Assembly (NCBI GenBank): GCA_963422365.1
Contig: OY729426.1
Coordinates: 1,088,001 to 1,152,000 of the forward strand
Length of the DNA: 64,000 nt
Direction of reading: 5' to 3'
Source: Nitrospirales bacterium
Lineage (GTDB): Bacteria > Nitrospirota > Nitrospiria > Nitrospirales > UBA8639
Program-made: the position numbers and the translations under genes
Notes under the pieces: model-generated
Databases searched by the model: none
Told to the model about the DNA's origin: nothing
What the model saw: the letters and a program-made list of their open reading frames with translations, nothing else
Shown here: in pieces, positions 16,927 through 27,232 of the stretch
Position numbering within the stretch: position 1 is the stretch's first letter
Layout: each line of letters begins with the position of its first letter

Positions 16927-19498
16927 CAGCAGATCTCCTCGTTAAAAATTCGGCCCACCGGGTGGGCAGTTCCAACCATTCAATCGCTGGTCGGATTGAT
17001 TCAGTCCGGCTTTCAGTAATAGTTGCGATCAAATTGTTCAAATCTTCCTCAATAGCAGGGGTGCGACGTGCCACGCGTTTCAGGTTGTAAACCAGACGCC
17101 AGCGCCATTGTTGCCAATGTAACAGTTCACGTATTTCATCTTTCTGTAATTGTCGTTTATCACTGAGCCGTCGGAACTCTTCAACTGCAAGCACGACCGA
17201 GCGTAATCTGTCGAGTATTGCCCGATTCCCGGTTTTTTCAATAATGGTTTCGATTTGCTTTTTTAACGTCAGAGCACGAGGATATTCTTCCCAGCCGATA
17301 GTTATGCCAAGCAGCGAGACAGCATCTTTTTCACGCTTGTTACGTTTCAGTACTTTTGCGCTTGACTCAGCTTCACTAGCCAAATCGGCGGCCCGTGATA
17401 TAGGGTATTTGCCGTCAACCATGATAAGGCCACCAGAAAGTGTAAACACAGGATTGCCTGCGCAATAGCGTTGAAATTCTTGCCGAATTTTATCAGCGAC
17501 ATCCGGCAGCTCATCCCAGGAACCGATGATAAACACATCGTCGCCCCCTGAATAAATAACTTGGCTACGCTTATAAGTTTTGAGCAGCTCCATAAGGTGA
17601 CCGGCAAAAAACAGGTGTAGCTGACGGGATAGAGTAGCCACCCTGGATAATGATCCCATTTCTTCTTCTGTGCCTGTTGCGCTTGGGAATTTGAGTCCAC
17701 GAATGAATATCTCACCCAAGTTATCGACATCCAGACGTAATACACCCATACGTCGAATACCCTTAGCGTTTTTATCAAAATCATCAAATTCCCATGGGGC
17801 TGCTTCTTCTTTGTCGCGGTCCCACCTACCAAGTAACCGAAAACCACTCGCATAACCATGCTGGTTGAATTTCGGATCAGTAATTTGATTGATACGTTCA
17901 TAATAGCTGGCAGCCAGCGAGCGTAACTCACTGAATTCAGGTAAACCATTTTGTTTTGAAACATGAATATGCCAATCCGTACCAGGTAAAGAAATACAAG
18001 CTAATTCCTTTTCCTTGATACTGTCCAAGTCACTTTTCCAAACCCAGAAAAAGGCTTCTGCGTCAGTCAGGCTTTGCCCCAACTTTTGTAAATTATTACA
18101 TTGCTTACAGATTGCTCCATCATCCGTCTGGCTGATTTCGGCATCTTTATCATCCCGGCTACAAACCCTGCACGCGGAGCCGGGAGCAAGTTCTTGCGGC
18201 GTAAAAAAACTATGGTCTTTTTCCAGTAATGGGCGGAAACGCTGCTGCCGGTCACGCATCAGGTTATCATTCGCAGCTTTCCAGCGTTTGCCCATGTTGC
18301 CACTGGCGAAATCTCCACCACATACCGGTGCGATACCGGTGCCGAGAAAAATGTCTCCTTGAAATTCTTTAATCAGAGCCTCATTTATTGCCGCCATCTC
18401 GTCTTTCAATGATTGCTCCAGACAGTCAGGTATGAGCAGGTAAAATTTGCCGCCAGAAGAATAAATGCGGGCAGTGGGGTAGAGTTTAAGTTTCCGTAAT
18501 AAATGTTCCGCAACACCGTCACATAACAGTTGTATATAAAGTGATCGTCCACGTAGACCCTTGGCAGCACCTTTACGGGTAATCTTGTAGATGAAATTCT
18601 GGATACCGGAAAAATCACCACAGACCAGACGCCATTTGTGGGTGGTTTTATCATTAAATGTATCAGGCTGATCAAGTGTGTCATGATGCTGATGATGTAG
18701 AAATAAACCTTCTGCAATAGCTGCCGTAACACGCAAATGGTCATATAACGATATGTCCGGGTGGATGACGTTCGTTGCCGCTGGAACGGTAGTCAAGAAA
18801 CGTTCCATCTGTGCCAGTAGCGTCATCATGAATGAACGCAAAGCGGCCGTTGTGAGTCGGTCATATTCGGGCACCTTTTCCATTGCATTCAGCAAACCAT
18901 CAGCCAGTTTCTGATAATCGTCCGATAAGTCCGTTGGACTGATCCAGACTGGATTTTCTCCAGCCTCTATCTTGGTCATAGGCGGATCAAATGCAGTTGT
19001 CGGCAATGAAAATATATCCCGGCCAGTTGTTAAGGGGTTAAGGCCTGCCCGAAACTCGGTAGGTTTGGAAACACCATCTAAATTGATGCGTTCAAGCATG
19101 GGTTCCAGAAGAGTACGGCGATGAATATTTCGTTGATAAAAATTTCCCTGTTCACGTTCGGCACTGGCGAAATGATCAGCTGCCTGAATAAGACGTTCCA
19201 TGTCCGTAGAGGCCACATGATGATGTGCGGCCATATTGATCCAGTTGGCTGCTGCTTGCGGATCATGTTGTTCTGATGGCTGTAAAATGGGAACGATACG
19301 ACAGAGCTCTTCACAAAAACGACGGGTATGTAATACGTGCAGGTGACTCCAGTAGCCACCACTCCGATGCCAGGGACAGTCCTGTTGCCTTTGGTCCTCA
19401 TTAGCACGATATTCACCAAGCCGATTTGCTCGCTCGAAAAATTTGCCTATGTCGTGCAATAAAGCGCCAAATACAATGTGGTCATGCGGTTCCATCAT
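16913..19498 (-). CDS. cas10: Cas10/Csm1 with intact HD nuclease and GGDD cyclase motifs
   Basis: LLHDIGKF, DISLYDH, GDFSGIQNFIY, LRGRS, Zn finger CRVC..CKQC, DVDNLG, YSGGDD. Start placed at 19498 because a -10 box lies at 19532-19537. Confidence 0.97.
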   Translation of the reverse strand: MMEPHDHIVFGALLHDIGKFFERANRLGEYRANEDQRQQDCPWHRSGGYWSHLHVLHTRRFCEELCRIVPILQPSEQHDPQAAANWINMAAHHHVASTDMERLIQAADHFASAEREQGNFYQRNIHRRTLLEPMLERINLDGVSKPTEFRAGLNPLTTGRDIFSLPTTAFDPPMTKIEAGENPVWISPTDLSDDYQKLADGLLNAMEKVPEYDRLTTAALRSFMMTLLAQMERFLTTVPAATNVIHPDISLYDHLRVTAAIAEGLFLHHQHHDTLDQPDTFNDKTTHKWRLVCGDFSGIQNFIYKITRKGAAKGLRGRSLYIQLLCDGVAEHLLRKLKLYPTARIYSSGGKFYLLIPDCLEQSLKDEMAAINEALIKEFQGDIFLGTGIAPVCGGDFASGNMGKRWKAANDNLMRDRQQRFRPLLEKDHSFFTPQELAPGSACRVCSRDDKDAEISQTDDGAICKQCNNLQKLGQSLTDAEAFFWVWKSDLDSIKEKELACISLPGTDWHIHVSKQNGLPEFSELRSLAASYYERINQITDPKFNQHGYASGFRLLGRWDRDKEEAAPWEFDDFDKNAKGIRRMGVLRLDVDNLGEIFIRGLKFPSATGTEEEMGSLSRVATLSRQLHLFFAGHLMELLKTYKRSQVIYSGGDDVFIIGSWDELPDVADKIRQEFQRYCAGNPVFTLSGGLIMVDGKYPISRAADLASEAESSAKVLKRNKREKDAVSLLGITIGWEEYPRALTLKKQIETIIEKTGNRAILDRLRSVVLAVEEFRRLSDKRQLQKDEIRELLHWQQWRWRLVYNLKRVARRTPAIEEDLNNLIATITESRTESIRPAIEWLELPTRWAEFLTRRSADANK

Positions 19499-19531
19499 TA
19501 GCGTAATAACCTTCTCTTGATCATCGTCTTG

Positions 19532-19579
19532 AGTGTAATCGATTTCCAGATGCAATTGTTCGACGGCAAGCTTGCCGTC
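19532..19579 (-). promoter_or_regulatory. Palindromic operator plus -10 box upstream of cas10
   Basis: Perfect 18-bp palindrome GACGGCAAGCTTGCCGTC 19562-19579; TACACT on the minus strand 27 nt from the 12-bp core. Confidence 0.7.
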
Positions 19580-19583
19580 TCCG

Positions 19584-20726
19584 TCATGTTTCCAGAAACC
19601 GTACCTGTTCTTTTTTCAGCGTTAACCCTTTCAACCGGCACCGCGACTCTGGAATCACGCCGATAGGACTGATCAGATAAGGGGTGGCCGGTTCCTTGCC
19701 CAGGCTTCTTTTAAGAAGCCCATTGATTTTGCTCGTTTTCTGATCCATAAAATCCTGGTCCATGCCACGTCTTAAACTGTCACGTGCATTCTCATAATCT
19801 GCGCTGTACTCACCGACAATGTGGACATATTCTTCGAGGTATTCTTCGCTGACGTTTTCCTGGGTCCAGTGTATGCCCGGAGTGCCTGCCAGTAGACGAC
19901 GGGCAAACCAGGCGTAAAAGGCGAAAAGACTGGGAGTAAGGGGCACAGGGTGGTCGCCGCAGTGAATGGTCTTGTTGTTGCTGTCGAGGATCAGTTTCGG
20001 CGGATTAACGTTGCGTTGTGTTCGGGAGACGGTTTCCGAATAACTCATGCTTTCGCCCAGTATGCTGCTATCCAGGTGCCCGCGCAGTCGCACAAAGGGG
20101 ATGTCTGCCAGCGTGATCTCGGCGTCACGGGTATGGATGGGGCGTTTGTTGTGGTCTCGCAGGACTTTCGGTTTGGGGGGCGGGTAGTAAAATTGTGGGT
20201 GTGACTCAAACGGTGGTGAGACCAGTACGTGGGACAGGCGATCCTGCTCGCGCCCGAACAGACTCATGGCGTAGCCCAGGTAGAACCCCATGGTCTTGCG
20301 GCCACCGGCGATAGAGGCGTGGATGATGGTCTGTGGATCAGCAGTCAGGCGTCGCACGATAGCGGTGATGGTATCGGCAGCGGTTTCATTGTCGGCAAGA
20401 CTGCGAATGTCGTCCAGTGGTTTCTTGTCATCCGCAGGGATCTGATGGATGGTCTCTCCGTCGAATCGGATGCCACCTGGATCGATGTCAAGATCAGCGC
20501 AGAGCCGATAAAAATGCTGTTCTTCGGGGTCGCTTTCGAGGAGCGTCAGGCGTACCCTGTCGGCTCCTTCGGCGGTGGTGATGATATGAATGGCCGTCGG
20601 GATGAATGGATCGTCTCGCGTGGCCAGTGCATAGAAGGTTTCGGTAATCACCTGTGGTGATAAACCGGCGGCACACAGCAAGATGCGTTGTGAGCAACCG
20701 ATGGGTGAGCGTGCCGCGTTTGTCAC
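19584..20726 (-). CDS. NE0113-family CARF protein with C-terminal HTH-like extension
   Basis: GLSPQVITET, DDIR, SIAGGRKTMG, SLFGREQDRLSHVLV, FESHPQFYYP. The track ORF starts at 20867; the true start is probably the GTG near 20726. Confidence 0.85.
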   Translation of the reverse strand: MTNAARSPIGCSQRILLCAAGLSPQVITETFYALATRDDPFIPTAIHIITTAEGADRVRLTLLESDPEEQHFYRLCADLDIDPGGIRFDGETIHQIPADDKKPLDDIRSLADNETAADTITAIVRRLTADPQTIIHASIAGGRKTMGFYLGYAMSLFGREQDRLSHVLVSPPFESHPQFYYPPPKPKVLRDHNKRPIHTRDAEITLADIPFVRLRGHLDSSILGESMSYSETVSRTQRNVNPPKLILDSNNKTIHCGDHPVPLTPSLFAFYAWFARRLLAGTPGIHWTQENVSEEYLEEYVHIVGEYSADYENARDSLRRGMDQDFMDQKTSKINGLLKRSLGKEPATPYLISPIGVIPESRCRLKGLTLKKEQVRFLET

Positions 20727-20873
20727 TGGATACGCCTGTCTCGGATTTGATCCAGAATATCTTTCGGTACAAGGCTGGATACGGGATGACGGCTTTTCAG
20801 TGCAGGCCTCGTTCCGGTGTCGGTGGATTGCATGACGGTTTCCATGAACGATGGTCGTTCTAGGCAAGCCCTG

Positions 20874-21854
20874 TTAATCGACGCTGATGATTGCATACTT
20901 GCCCAGCCCCATGCTGGTGTTTTTGCCCGCGTGAGTCCATTGGCCGAGCCAGATGTAGTGCCAGAAAGGCACGAGTGCGTTGCTTCCGGAACAGCCGCCG
21001 GCGCTGACCTCGAACGTCACCGTGCCCAACAGTCCGCCAAGCTGCATCAGGCTGTCCTGACGGCTGGAATAGCGGGTCCAGTCATGCCAGCGCAGTTCAT
21101 GACGTGCCACGGGTATCGCTTCAGCTGCCCGGGTCAGCGCGGCAAAGTCGGTTTCCAGCGGCGTGTCGGTGTGAAACGCGGTGAGCAGGGAGAGACGCCG
21201 CAATAACGTCGAAAAGAGGGTCTTGAACGTCAACCCGTTCGGCGTGATAAGGTGATCGCGGGCTTTCACGCGCAAGGGCGTGAGGAACTCGATTTTCAAT
21301 TGAGCCGGACAATCCGGCGGATTGCGACACTCCGGAGGTTGCGGCTGGAGATTTCCTCCTGGCCGGTAGATTGACAACCATGCATCCTGCACGTGCTGTT
21401 GAACCTCAAGTAACGTGAGTGTTCCGCGTTGTTTGCCAATACCTCGTTGGGCGGCTTGGTCAAGCGCGTGAATGATATAGGGCAGATGACGATTCCCACG
21501 TCCGAACAGCGTCATCTCCAAGCTGTGCTCGGTCTCCGCCGCCAGGGGACCGTGCATCGTGTCGCCCGGATTCAGGACGAACGGGTGTGGCGCGGCGTTG
21601 TATTTGCGCAGTTTGCCGACGCCTGGATCCGGCGGTGTCTCAAAAATATAGGGGTAGATACAACTGCGATACAACAGGCAGGGTTCACAGTGCGGTTCGC
21701 GGGTCACGCAGACCAGTCTTTTGAGGCTGTTGCCGAAGGCGCCGCGCCAAGCGGAACCGGAATAGTCCGGCAGGCGCATGGAGCCGGCTGTTCGAAACCT
21801 GAACCGATAGTGCGCCAAGGGTAATGATGGTTCGCTGAATGATGCTGTATTCAT
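20874..21854 (-). CDS. cas6: CRISPR pre-crRNA processing endoribonuclease Cas6
   Basis: GSAWRGAFG, Cys cluster C..C.L...C.Y, PHPF, TPLR, DWTRYSSRQ, G-rich loop HAGKNTSMGLG. Confidence 0.92.
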   Translation of the reverse strand: MNTASFSEPSLPLAHYRFRFRTAGSMRLPDYSGSAWRGAFGNSLKRLVCVTREPHCEPCLLYRSCIYPYIFETPPDPGVGKLRKYNAAPHPFVLNPGDTMHGPLAAETEHSLEMTLFGRGNRHLPYIIHALDQAAQRGIGKQRGTLTLLEVQQHVQDAWLSIYRPGGNLQPQPPECRNPPDCPAQLKIEFLTPLRVKARDHLITPNGLTFKTLFSTLLRRLSLLTAFHTDTPLETDFAALTRAAEAIPVARHELRWHDWTRYSSRQDSLMQLGGLLGTVTFEVSAGGCSGSNALVPFWHYIWLGQWTHAGKNTSMGLGKYAIISVD

Positions 21855-21973
21855 AGAAGTTTCCCGTTTGTTGCAACAACGTAACGGGTTACCCAAAGTT
21901 GTTCAACGCGAAAATTCTATATGTTACGATAGGTTATGGAGATAATGTGTTGAACCCCTTGCTTCAGGCGTTT

Positions 21974-22018
21974 ATTGTAGAATGAAACGCTGCTGCGGAA
22001 ACGGGTGGCAAGCTTGCC
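21974..22018 (-). promoter_or_regulatory. Palindromic operator plus -10 box upstream of cas6
   Basis: GGCAAGCTTGCC 22007-22018; TACAAT on the minus strand at 21979-21974, 27 nt away. Confidence 0.7.
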
Positions 22019-22191
22019 GTGACGCAGGTTACTCGTTATCTGTGAGCCCCTTCCTAAGGATCGGTGCGTATCAATTGGGTATAAATAACGTAGGGCCAAC
22101 CCTGGATGACAACATTCCAGAACCTATGCCGGAACGTCTCTTCCTGTTGCCTCATTTTGTGGTTTCATCGTGCTTTCGCTATAATGGGCTC

Positions 22192-22665
22192 ATGTCTCGA
22201 TCCCACTCCGGTTTTTCTTCTTTCGCCTGGGCCTTGTTTTTGAGCCTCGTCGTGTTGATGGCGGGGTGTGAGTCCAAACAAGGCCCGAAGTATCCCGAAG
22301 ACCACGAACGATTTGGGCGCGTTGTGGAGGCGGTGGATGCTTTACGCTCAGCATATGAAAAGCAAAATCTCGACGCGATCAGAAAATTAATGTTGCCGTC
22401 AAAAGGATTTCAGCGGCTCCAACGTGAGATGCAACAGGACTTTGCCACGTCTTCTGCGATTGCCTTAACCATGACGATTGAGCGAATGTACGTTCAAGGG
22501 GAACAAGCAAGGGTCAACATTCGATGGGAGGGAGAATGGCAACCATCATCCGAAGACAAGGTGGTAACGGATCGCGGACACGGCATCTTGATCTGGAGCG
22601 GCACGCAGGTCATTTTGTTGGCAGGAGTGGAAGGGGATCTGCCGTTTGGGATGGCCAGCCGTTAA
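22192..22665 (+). CDS. Putative lipoprotein, NTF2-like
   Basis: Hydrophobic stretch ending in the lipobox-like MAGC; start uncertain. Confidence 0.6.
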   Translation: MSRSHSGFSSFAWALFLSLVVLMAGCESKQGPKYPEDHERFGRVVEAVDALRSAYEKQNLDAIRKLMLPSKGFQRLQREMQQDFATSSAIALTMTIERMYVQGEQARVNIRWEGEWQPSSEDKVVTDRGHGILIWSGTQVILLAGVEGDLPFGMASR

Positions 22666-22761
22666 CCCCTGTCGCCTATTCTGATGAGGCCGTAGCGCCT
22701 GGGCCATTTTGATGGTGCCGGTTTTGCTGGATGGCCTCAAAACCCATAGATTGTTCTGCTC

Positions 22762-24384
22762 ATGAAAACAGTCGCGACGAAGTATCGTTGGGGGCCGGAA
22801 GCTGATTTTCTCGTCATTGGAAGCGGTATCGCCGGGTTGCGTGCCGCGATTGAGTTATGTCGCCATGGACGAGTGCTGATTGTGACAAAAGGCAGCCGCT
22901 TGGAAAGTAACTCGATGTACGCACAGGGCGGAGTCGCCGTCGCCCTGAATGCTGAAGATGACGTGAACCTGCATTTCTCCGATACGATTCGGGCCGGGCA
23001 CCAGCTCGGTCGAGAAGCTGCGGCTCGGGTCCTGGTGGAGGAAGGGCCGACTCGTATCCAGGAATTAATCACCTGGGGTACGCAGTTTGATAAGGTCGGT
23101 GGGAAGTTTGCCTTTGCCAAAGAAGGGGCTCACAGCCGAAACCGAGTGCTGCGGGCTCGGGGCGATGCGACGGGCAATGAAATGATTCGGGTCTTGCTGG
23201 GACGGGCCAGACAACATCCGGACATTCAATGGCTTGATCGTCATTTTACCAAGGATCTGTTGGTCGTGGATGGCCGGTGTTCCGGCGTGGTTGTGGTGAA
23301 TGAAGCCACGGGGGACGTGGTACTCCTTCCGGCGGTGGCGGTGATCCTGACCACTGGAGGTGCAGGCCAAATTTATGCAAGGACCACCAATATGGGAAAT
23401 GCCACGGGCGATGGAATAGCGATGGCCTATCGGGCGGGGGTCATTTTGGAAGACATGGAATTCGTTCAATTTCATCCCACGGCGTTGTACCTTCCCTCCA
23501 CCCCGCCGTTTCTGCTGTCCGAAGCCATGCGGGGTGAAGGAGGTGTGCTACGAAATCGAAAGGGGGAGGTGTTTCTGTCACGGTATCATCCCGCGGCGGA
23601 AATGGCCCCACGCGATATCGTCGCGCGGGCGATTTGGTCGGAAATGGCCTCTTCTCGGTCGCGCCACGTGTATTTGGATGTCACCCATTTGGAGAAAGGC
23701 TTCATCAAAAAACGGTTTCCCACGATTTATCGGACCTGCTTGCGTTTTGACATCGATATCACGGAGGAATGGATTCCCGTTGCTCCAAGTGCCCATTATT
23801 TCATGGGAGGCCTGAAAGCAGGGATTGATGGAGAGACGTCCTTGCCCGGCCTGTTTGCTGCCGGCGAAGTGGCCTGCAACGGGGTCCATGGGGCGAATCG
23901 TTTGGCAAGTAATTCATTGTTAGAAGGGCTGGTATTCGGATACCGTGCCGCCAAGTCAGCGTCGTCCCTTCCTGTTGGTCTCAAGCGGGCTCGTCTGAAA
24001 CATCTCCTTCCCGGTTTCGTGGCGGAACCAATCGGGACGTTGGAAGATAGCGAAAAACTGAGAAACTCCTTACGGCGTCTCATGTGGAACAAGGTCGGGT
24101 TAGTCAGGACCGGCGATTCCTTGATCCAGGCTCTTGCGCAGATCTCTCGTTGGGACCCGCAGATTCAGGCTTCGCTGCAAACACGACCGGACCTCGAAGT
24201 CAAAAATATGATTCAAGTTGCGCGGTGTCTGACCGAAGCCGCTTTGTGGAGGGAAAACAGCCTGGGGACCCATTACCGGGAAGATTTTCCGAGTTGCCAA
24301 GGTTCGGGGTGGAAAACGCACAGTCAGGTTTGGCTGGCAGAGTCTGTCAGTTCTTCTCCCACAACCCGGCATCGTGCCGGGTAA
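22762..24384 (+). CDS. nadB: L-aspartate oxidase
   Basis: IGSGIAGL, NSMYAQGG, EGAHSRNR, QFHPT, SEAMRGEG, AHYFMGG, GVHGANRLASNSLLEG. Confidence 0.93.
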   Translation: MKTVATKYRWGPEADFLVIGSGIAGLRAAIELCRHGRVLIVTKGSRLESNSMYAQGGVAVALNAEDDVNLHFSDTIRAGHQLGREAAARVLVEEGPTRIQELITWGTQFDKVGGKFAFAKEGAHSRNRVLRARGDATGNEMIRVLLGRARQHPDIQWLDRHFTKDLLVVDGRCSGVVVVNEATGDVVLLPAVAVILTTGGAGQIYARTTNMGNATGDGIAMAYRAGVILEDMEFVQFHPTALYLPSTPPFLLSEAMRGEGGVLRNRKGEVFLSRYHPAAEMAPRDIVARAIWSEMASSRSRHVYLDVTHLEKGFIKKRFPTIYRTCLRFDIDITEEWIPVAPSAHYFMGGLKAGIDGETSLPGLFAAGEVACNGVHGANRLASNSLLEGLVFGYRAAKSASSLPVGLKRARLKHLLPGFVAEPIGTLEDSEKLRNSLRRLMWNKVGLVRTGDSLIQALAQISRWDPQIQASLQTRPDLEVKNMIQVARCLTEAALWRENSLGTHYREDFPSCQGSGWKTHSQVWLAESVSSSPTTRHRAG

Positions 24385-24437
24385 CCGTTCGACCCCTTTT
24401 TGATTTTTTCCCCGATTACAACCGTCGGGGACAGACC

Positions 24438-25292
24438 TTATCGACTCTGTTCTCTTAGCAGGCGGTTGTACTGGATTTGAAGCATGTCTACCCAAGAGTG
24501 AGCCGCTTGTTTCGGAAAGGGACGTCCGTCAATTTTTTCAACCGGCAGAATGCCGATCCCGCTACTGGTGACAAAACATTCATCCGCGTCATCCAGGAAT
24601 TCAGGGGTGTAGCGGCCTTCTTGGGGGTGAAGGCCCAGGGGAGGGGCGACTTCGAGCACGACCCCTCGAGTGATGCCGGGTAACGCGCCACATGCCAGCG
24701 AAGGGGTATGCAGCGTCTTGTTCCTAATAAAAAAAATGTTGCTCATGGAGCATTCGGCCAGATGCCCATCGACGGTCAACAGCAACCCTTCAAAGGCGCC
24801 CCGTGTTGCAGCCTCTTGTTTCGCTAACAGATTGTTCACATAGTTCAGGGTTTTGGCTTGAGTTGGATACGAAAGCGGTGACGGCTTGCGAATCGTGGTG
24901 ATGGTGATCGGTACTCCGTTGCGCCGCTGGGATGGTGTCACGTGCGGGAGGGACCGTGGAAACAACACGATTGTCGGGTCAGCGCAAGCATCTGGAGGTG
25001 CGGGTCCCTGGCCTCGGGAGAGCGTCAGGCGAATCGCCGCATGGTCTAACTGATTTTTGTCAATGACCGTCTGAAAGACTTTGGCCCAATTTCTTTCAGG
25101 TGACGGCACGGTAAGGTGAATCTGCTGGCAGGAGTGGGTGAGCCGTGCAAGATGACGCTCTAGCCACACTGGGTGGTGGTCATAGATTCGGACGGTTTCA
25201 AATACGCCCTCTCCATACAAAAATCCACGATCAAAGACAGAAATGCTTGCCTGTTCTTCATGCACGATCCGGTTATTCAGATAAATCCACAT
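24438..25292 (-). CDS. Class IV aminotransferase / aminodeoxychorismate lyase
   Basis: DRGFLYGEGVFET, HLARL, KTLNY, LPGITR; adjacent to a chorismate-binding enzyme. Confidence 0.85.
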   Translation of the reverse strand: MWIYLNNRIVHEEQASISVFDRGFLYGEGVFETVRIYDHHPVWLERHLARLTHSCQQIHLTVPSPERNWAKVFQTVIDKNQLDHAAIRLTLSRGQGPAPPDACADPTIVLFPRSLPHVTPSQRRNGVPITITTIRKPSPLSYPTQAKTLNYVNNLLAKQEAATRGAFEGLLLTVDGHLAECSMSNIFFIRNKTLHTPSLACGALPGITRGVVLEVAPPLGLHPQEGRYTPEFLDDADECFVTSSGIGILPVEKIDGRPFPKQAAHSWVDMLQIQYNRLLREQSR

Positions 25293-25317
25293 GGAAGGAT
25301 GAGTTAAACGTGATGTC

Positions 25318-26805
25318 TTATTGCAAAGCTTCAAACAGAGCTTGGGCTTTATAGAGGGTTTCCTGGTACTCACGATGGGGATTGGAATCTGCGACGATTC
25401 CGGCACCTACTTGGAGGTAGGCCTGTTGCTGCGTCAACACCATGGTGCGAATAAGAATGTTGAAGTCCACATCGCCGGTCCAGCTGATGTACCCCAAGGA
25501 CCCGGTATAGGGCCCGCGACGAACGGGTTCCAGTTCTTCAATGATCTCCATACAGCGGATCTTCGGTACTCCGGTGATCGTGCCTCCGGGGAAAACGGAT
25601 CGGACGAGGTCTAGCATGCGACAAGCCGGATTCAGCGTTCCCCGGACCTCGGATACCAAGTGCGCCACGTGCGAATACGGTTCAATCGTCATGAACTCCT
25701 CAACGTGAACCGACCCATATTCGCAGACTCGACCTAGATCGTTGCGGGCCAGATCAACCAGCATGACGTGTTCGGCTCGTTCTTTCGCATCGATCCGAAG
25801 GTTGTCCATAAATTCATGATCTTCAACGACTGTGCGGCCTCGGGGTCGAGTGCCGGCCATAGGACGCGCGGTTACCTGGTTGCCGGTGACTTGGACGAGT
25901 CGTTCAGGCGACGAGGAGACCAACGCAAGCTTTTCGGTCACGAATAACCCGGAAAACGGCGAGGGATTCACCATGCGCAGACGGTGGTACAAGTTGTGGC
26001 CGGCTGTTTGCAGCGAATGGTCCTCTGCCGGATTACATTCGACGGAAAAGCGTTGGGCGAGATTGGCTTGATAAATGTCGCCGGCTCGAATGAACGTTTG
26101 GCACCGTTGCACTTGCTCGATGTACTCCCGTTCGGAATGTGTGCCCTCCATGGTTGAGGCAATGAGTGGAGACCCTGATGGGCCGGTCTTCACGAATGGG
26201 GAGCACAAGAGGCTGTCCAGTTCGGCGATCCGAGCGGTTCCTTCACGATGCAATGCATCATGGGATTCTGAACGCAGCCGCTCGGGGGCCGGGGTAAAAA
26301 CAATATGAAGAGATTGGGTGTGGTGATCAATCACGACCACCAGATCGAAAAACAGAAACTCCAAATCGGGCAGTGGGAGGTCATGGCGAGCAAGCGAAGG
26401 GAGCACTTCGTAGTGCCGAACGGTATCATAACTCACGTACCCAATGGCTCCACCGATAAAAGGAGGCAGGGAGGTGGAACGAGGAACAAGGGAAGGACCC
26501 AGAAACCTGAATAATGCTGGAAGCGGATCCTCTTGATGCTGCGTCTTTCCCTGTACCGTTTCGAGGGTATAGTGTCTCAAGCCTCCAGAAAAAATAAGGT
26601 ACGGGTTGCCGGCCAAAAATGAATATCGGGCTAGCCTGGAAGGCTGTTTCCCACTTTCCAGAAGGACGGAAGGTCGGTGAGGGGTTGCGATCCGTCGGTA
26701 GACGTCCCAGGGACTTTCTTCAAGAAAGGGCTTTGTCCGGATCAGCGGAAATTGCCCTGTGTCAGGACGATTCGAAGCATGTGAGGAAAGAACGGGTTGG
26801 CTCAT
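25318..26805 (-). CDS. Anthranilate synthase component I / PabB family
   Basis: LLESG, GDIYQANL, NPSPF, SSSPERL, KERAEHVMLVDLARNDLG, FPGGTITGVPK. Confidence 0.9.
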   Translation of the reverse strand: MSQPVLSSHASNRPDTGQFPLIRTKPFLEESPWDVYRRIATPHRPSVLLESGKQPSRLARYSFLAGNPYLIFSGGLRHYTLETVQGKTQHQEDPLPALFRFLGPSLVPRSTSLPPFIGGAIGYVSYDTVRHYEVLPSLARHDLPLPDLEFLFFDLVVVIDHHTQSLHIVFTPAPERLRSESHDALHREGTARIAELDSLLCSPFVKTGPSGSPLIASTMEGTHSEREYIEQVQRCQTFIRAGDIYQANLAQRFSVECNPAEDHSLQTAGHNLYHRLRMVNPSPFSGLFVTEKLALVSSSPERLVQVTGNQVTARPMAGTRPRGRTVVEDHEFMDNLRIDAKERAEHVMLVDLARNDLGRVCEYGSVHVEEFMTIEPYSHVAHLVSEVRGTLNPACRMLDLVRSVFPGGTITGVPKIRCMEIIEELEPVRRGPYTGSLGYISWTGDVDFNILIRTMVLTQQQAYLQVGAGIVADSNPHREYQETLYKAQALFEALQ

Positions 26806-26979
26806 GGTTTCAGAACGATCTCGGATGGTTGTTTGTGTATCATAACGGGAGTCGGTAGGGAGAGAAAGGCCCCTCCTTGAGAAATTTACAGGAAAACGGG
26901 GGTCATTTCCGATCCGTTGCTTGACAGTAGAATCAACATTTTGTTTGAATAAAACCCTCGCATTCGAGAGGTCAGGCCT

Positions 26980-27201
26980 ATTCCTTCGTCACCAAATCCA
27001 TTGTACTTGGGGTTAGGGCAAGCCGTGCGGGTGGGCACGAATTTACTTGCGACCCTGATGGTGGGCGGAGGATTGGGTTGGAGCATGGATTTCTACCTGT
27101 TTCCGACTGAACCCTGGTGTTTGGTGGGAGGCCTGATCCTCGGACTGGTTGCCGGTATTCGAAACGCCTACCGTAGTGCCCAACGCTGGGATCAATCGTA
27201 G
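26980..27201 (+). CDS. AtpZ/AtpI-family membrane protein
   Basis: Two TM segments with G..LGW..D motif, directly upstream of atpB. Start is ambiguous (ATT 26980 or TTG 27001). Confidence 0.75.
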   Translation: MPSSPNPLYLGLGQAVRVGTNLLATLMVGGGLGWSMDFYLFPTEPWCLVGGLILGLVAGIRNAYRSAQRWDQS

Positions 27202-27232
27202 CGTTTCCTTATGACACGAAAACGAGGTTTCT

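Noticed and set aside
19499..19555. N-terminal extension of Cas10 from the TTG start
   Set aside because: Overlaps the predicted promoter; the HD domain begins just after ATG 19498.
21856..21960. Possible solitary repeat or mini-array upstream of cas6
   Set aside because: No convincing similarity to the array repeat.
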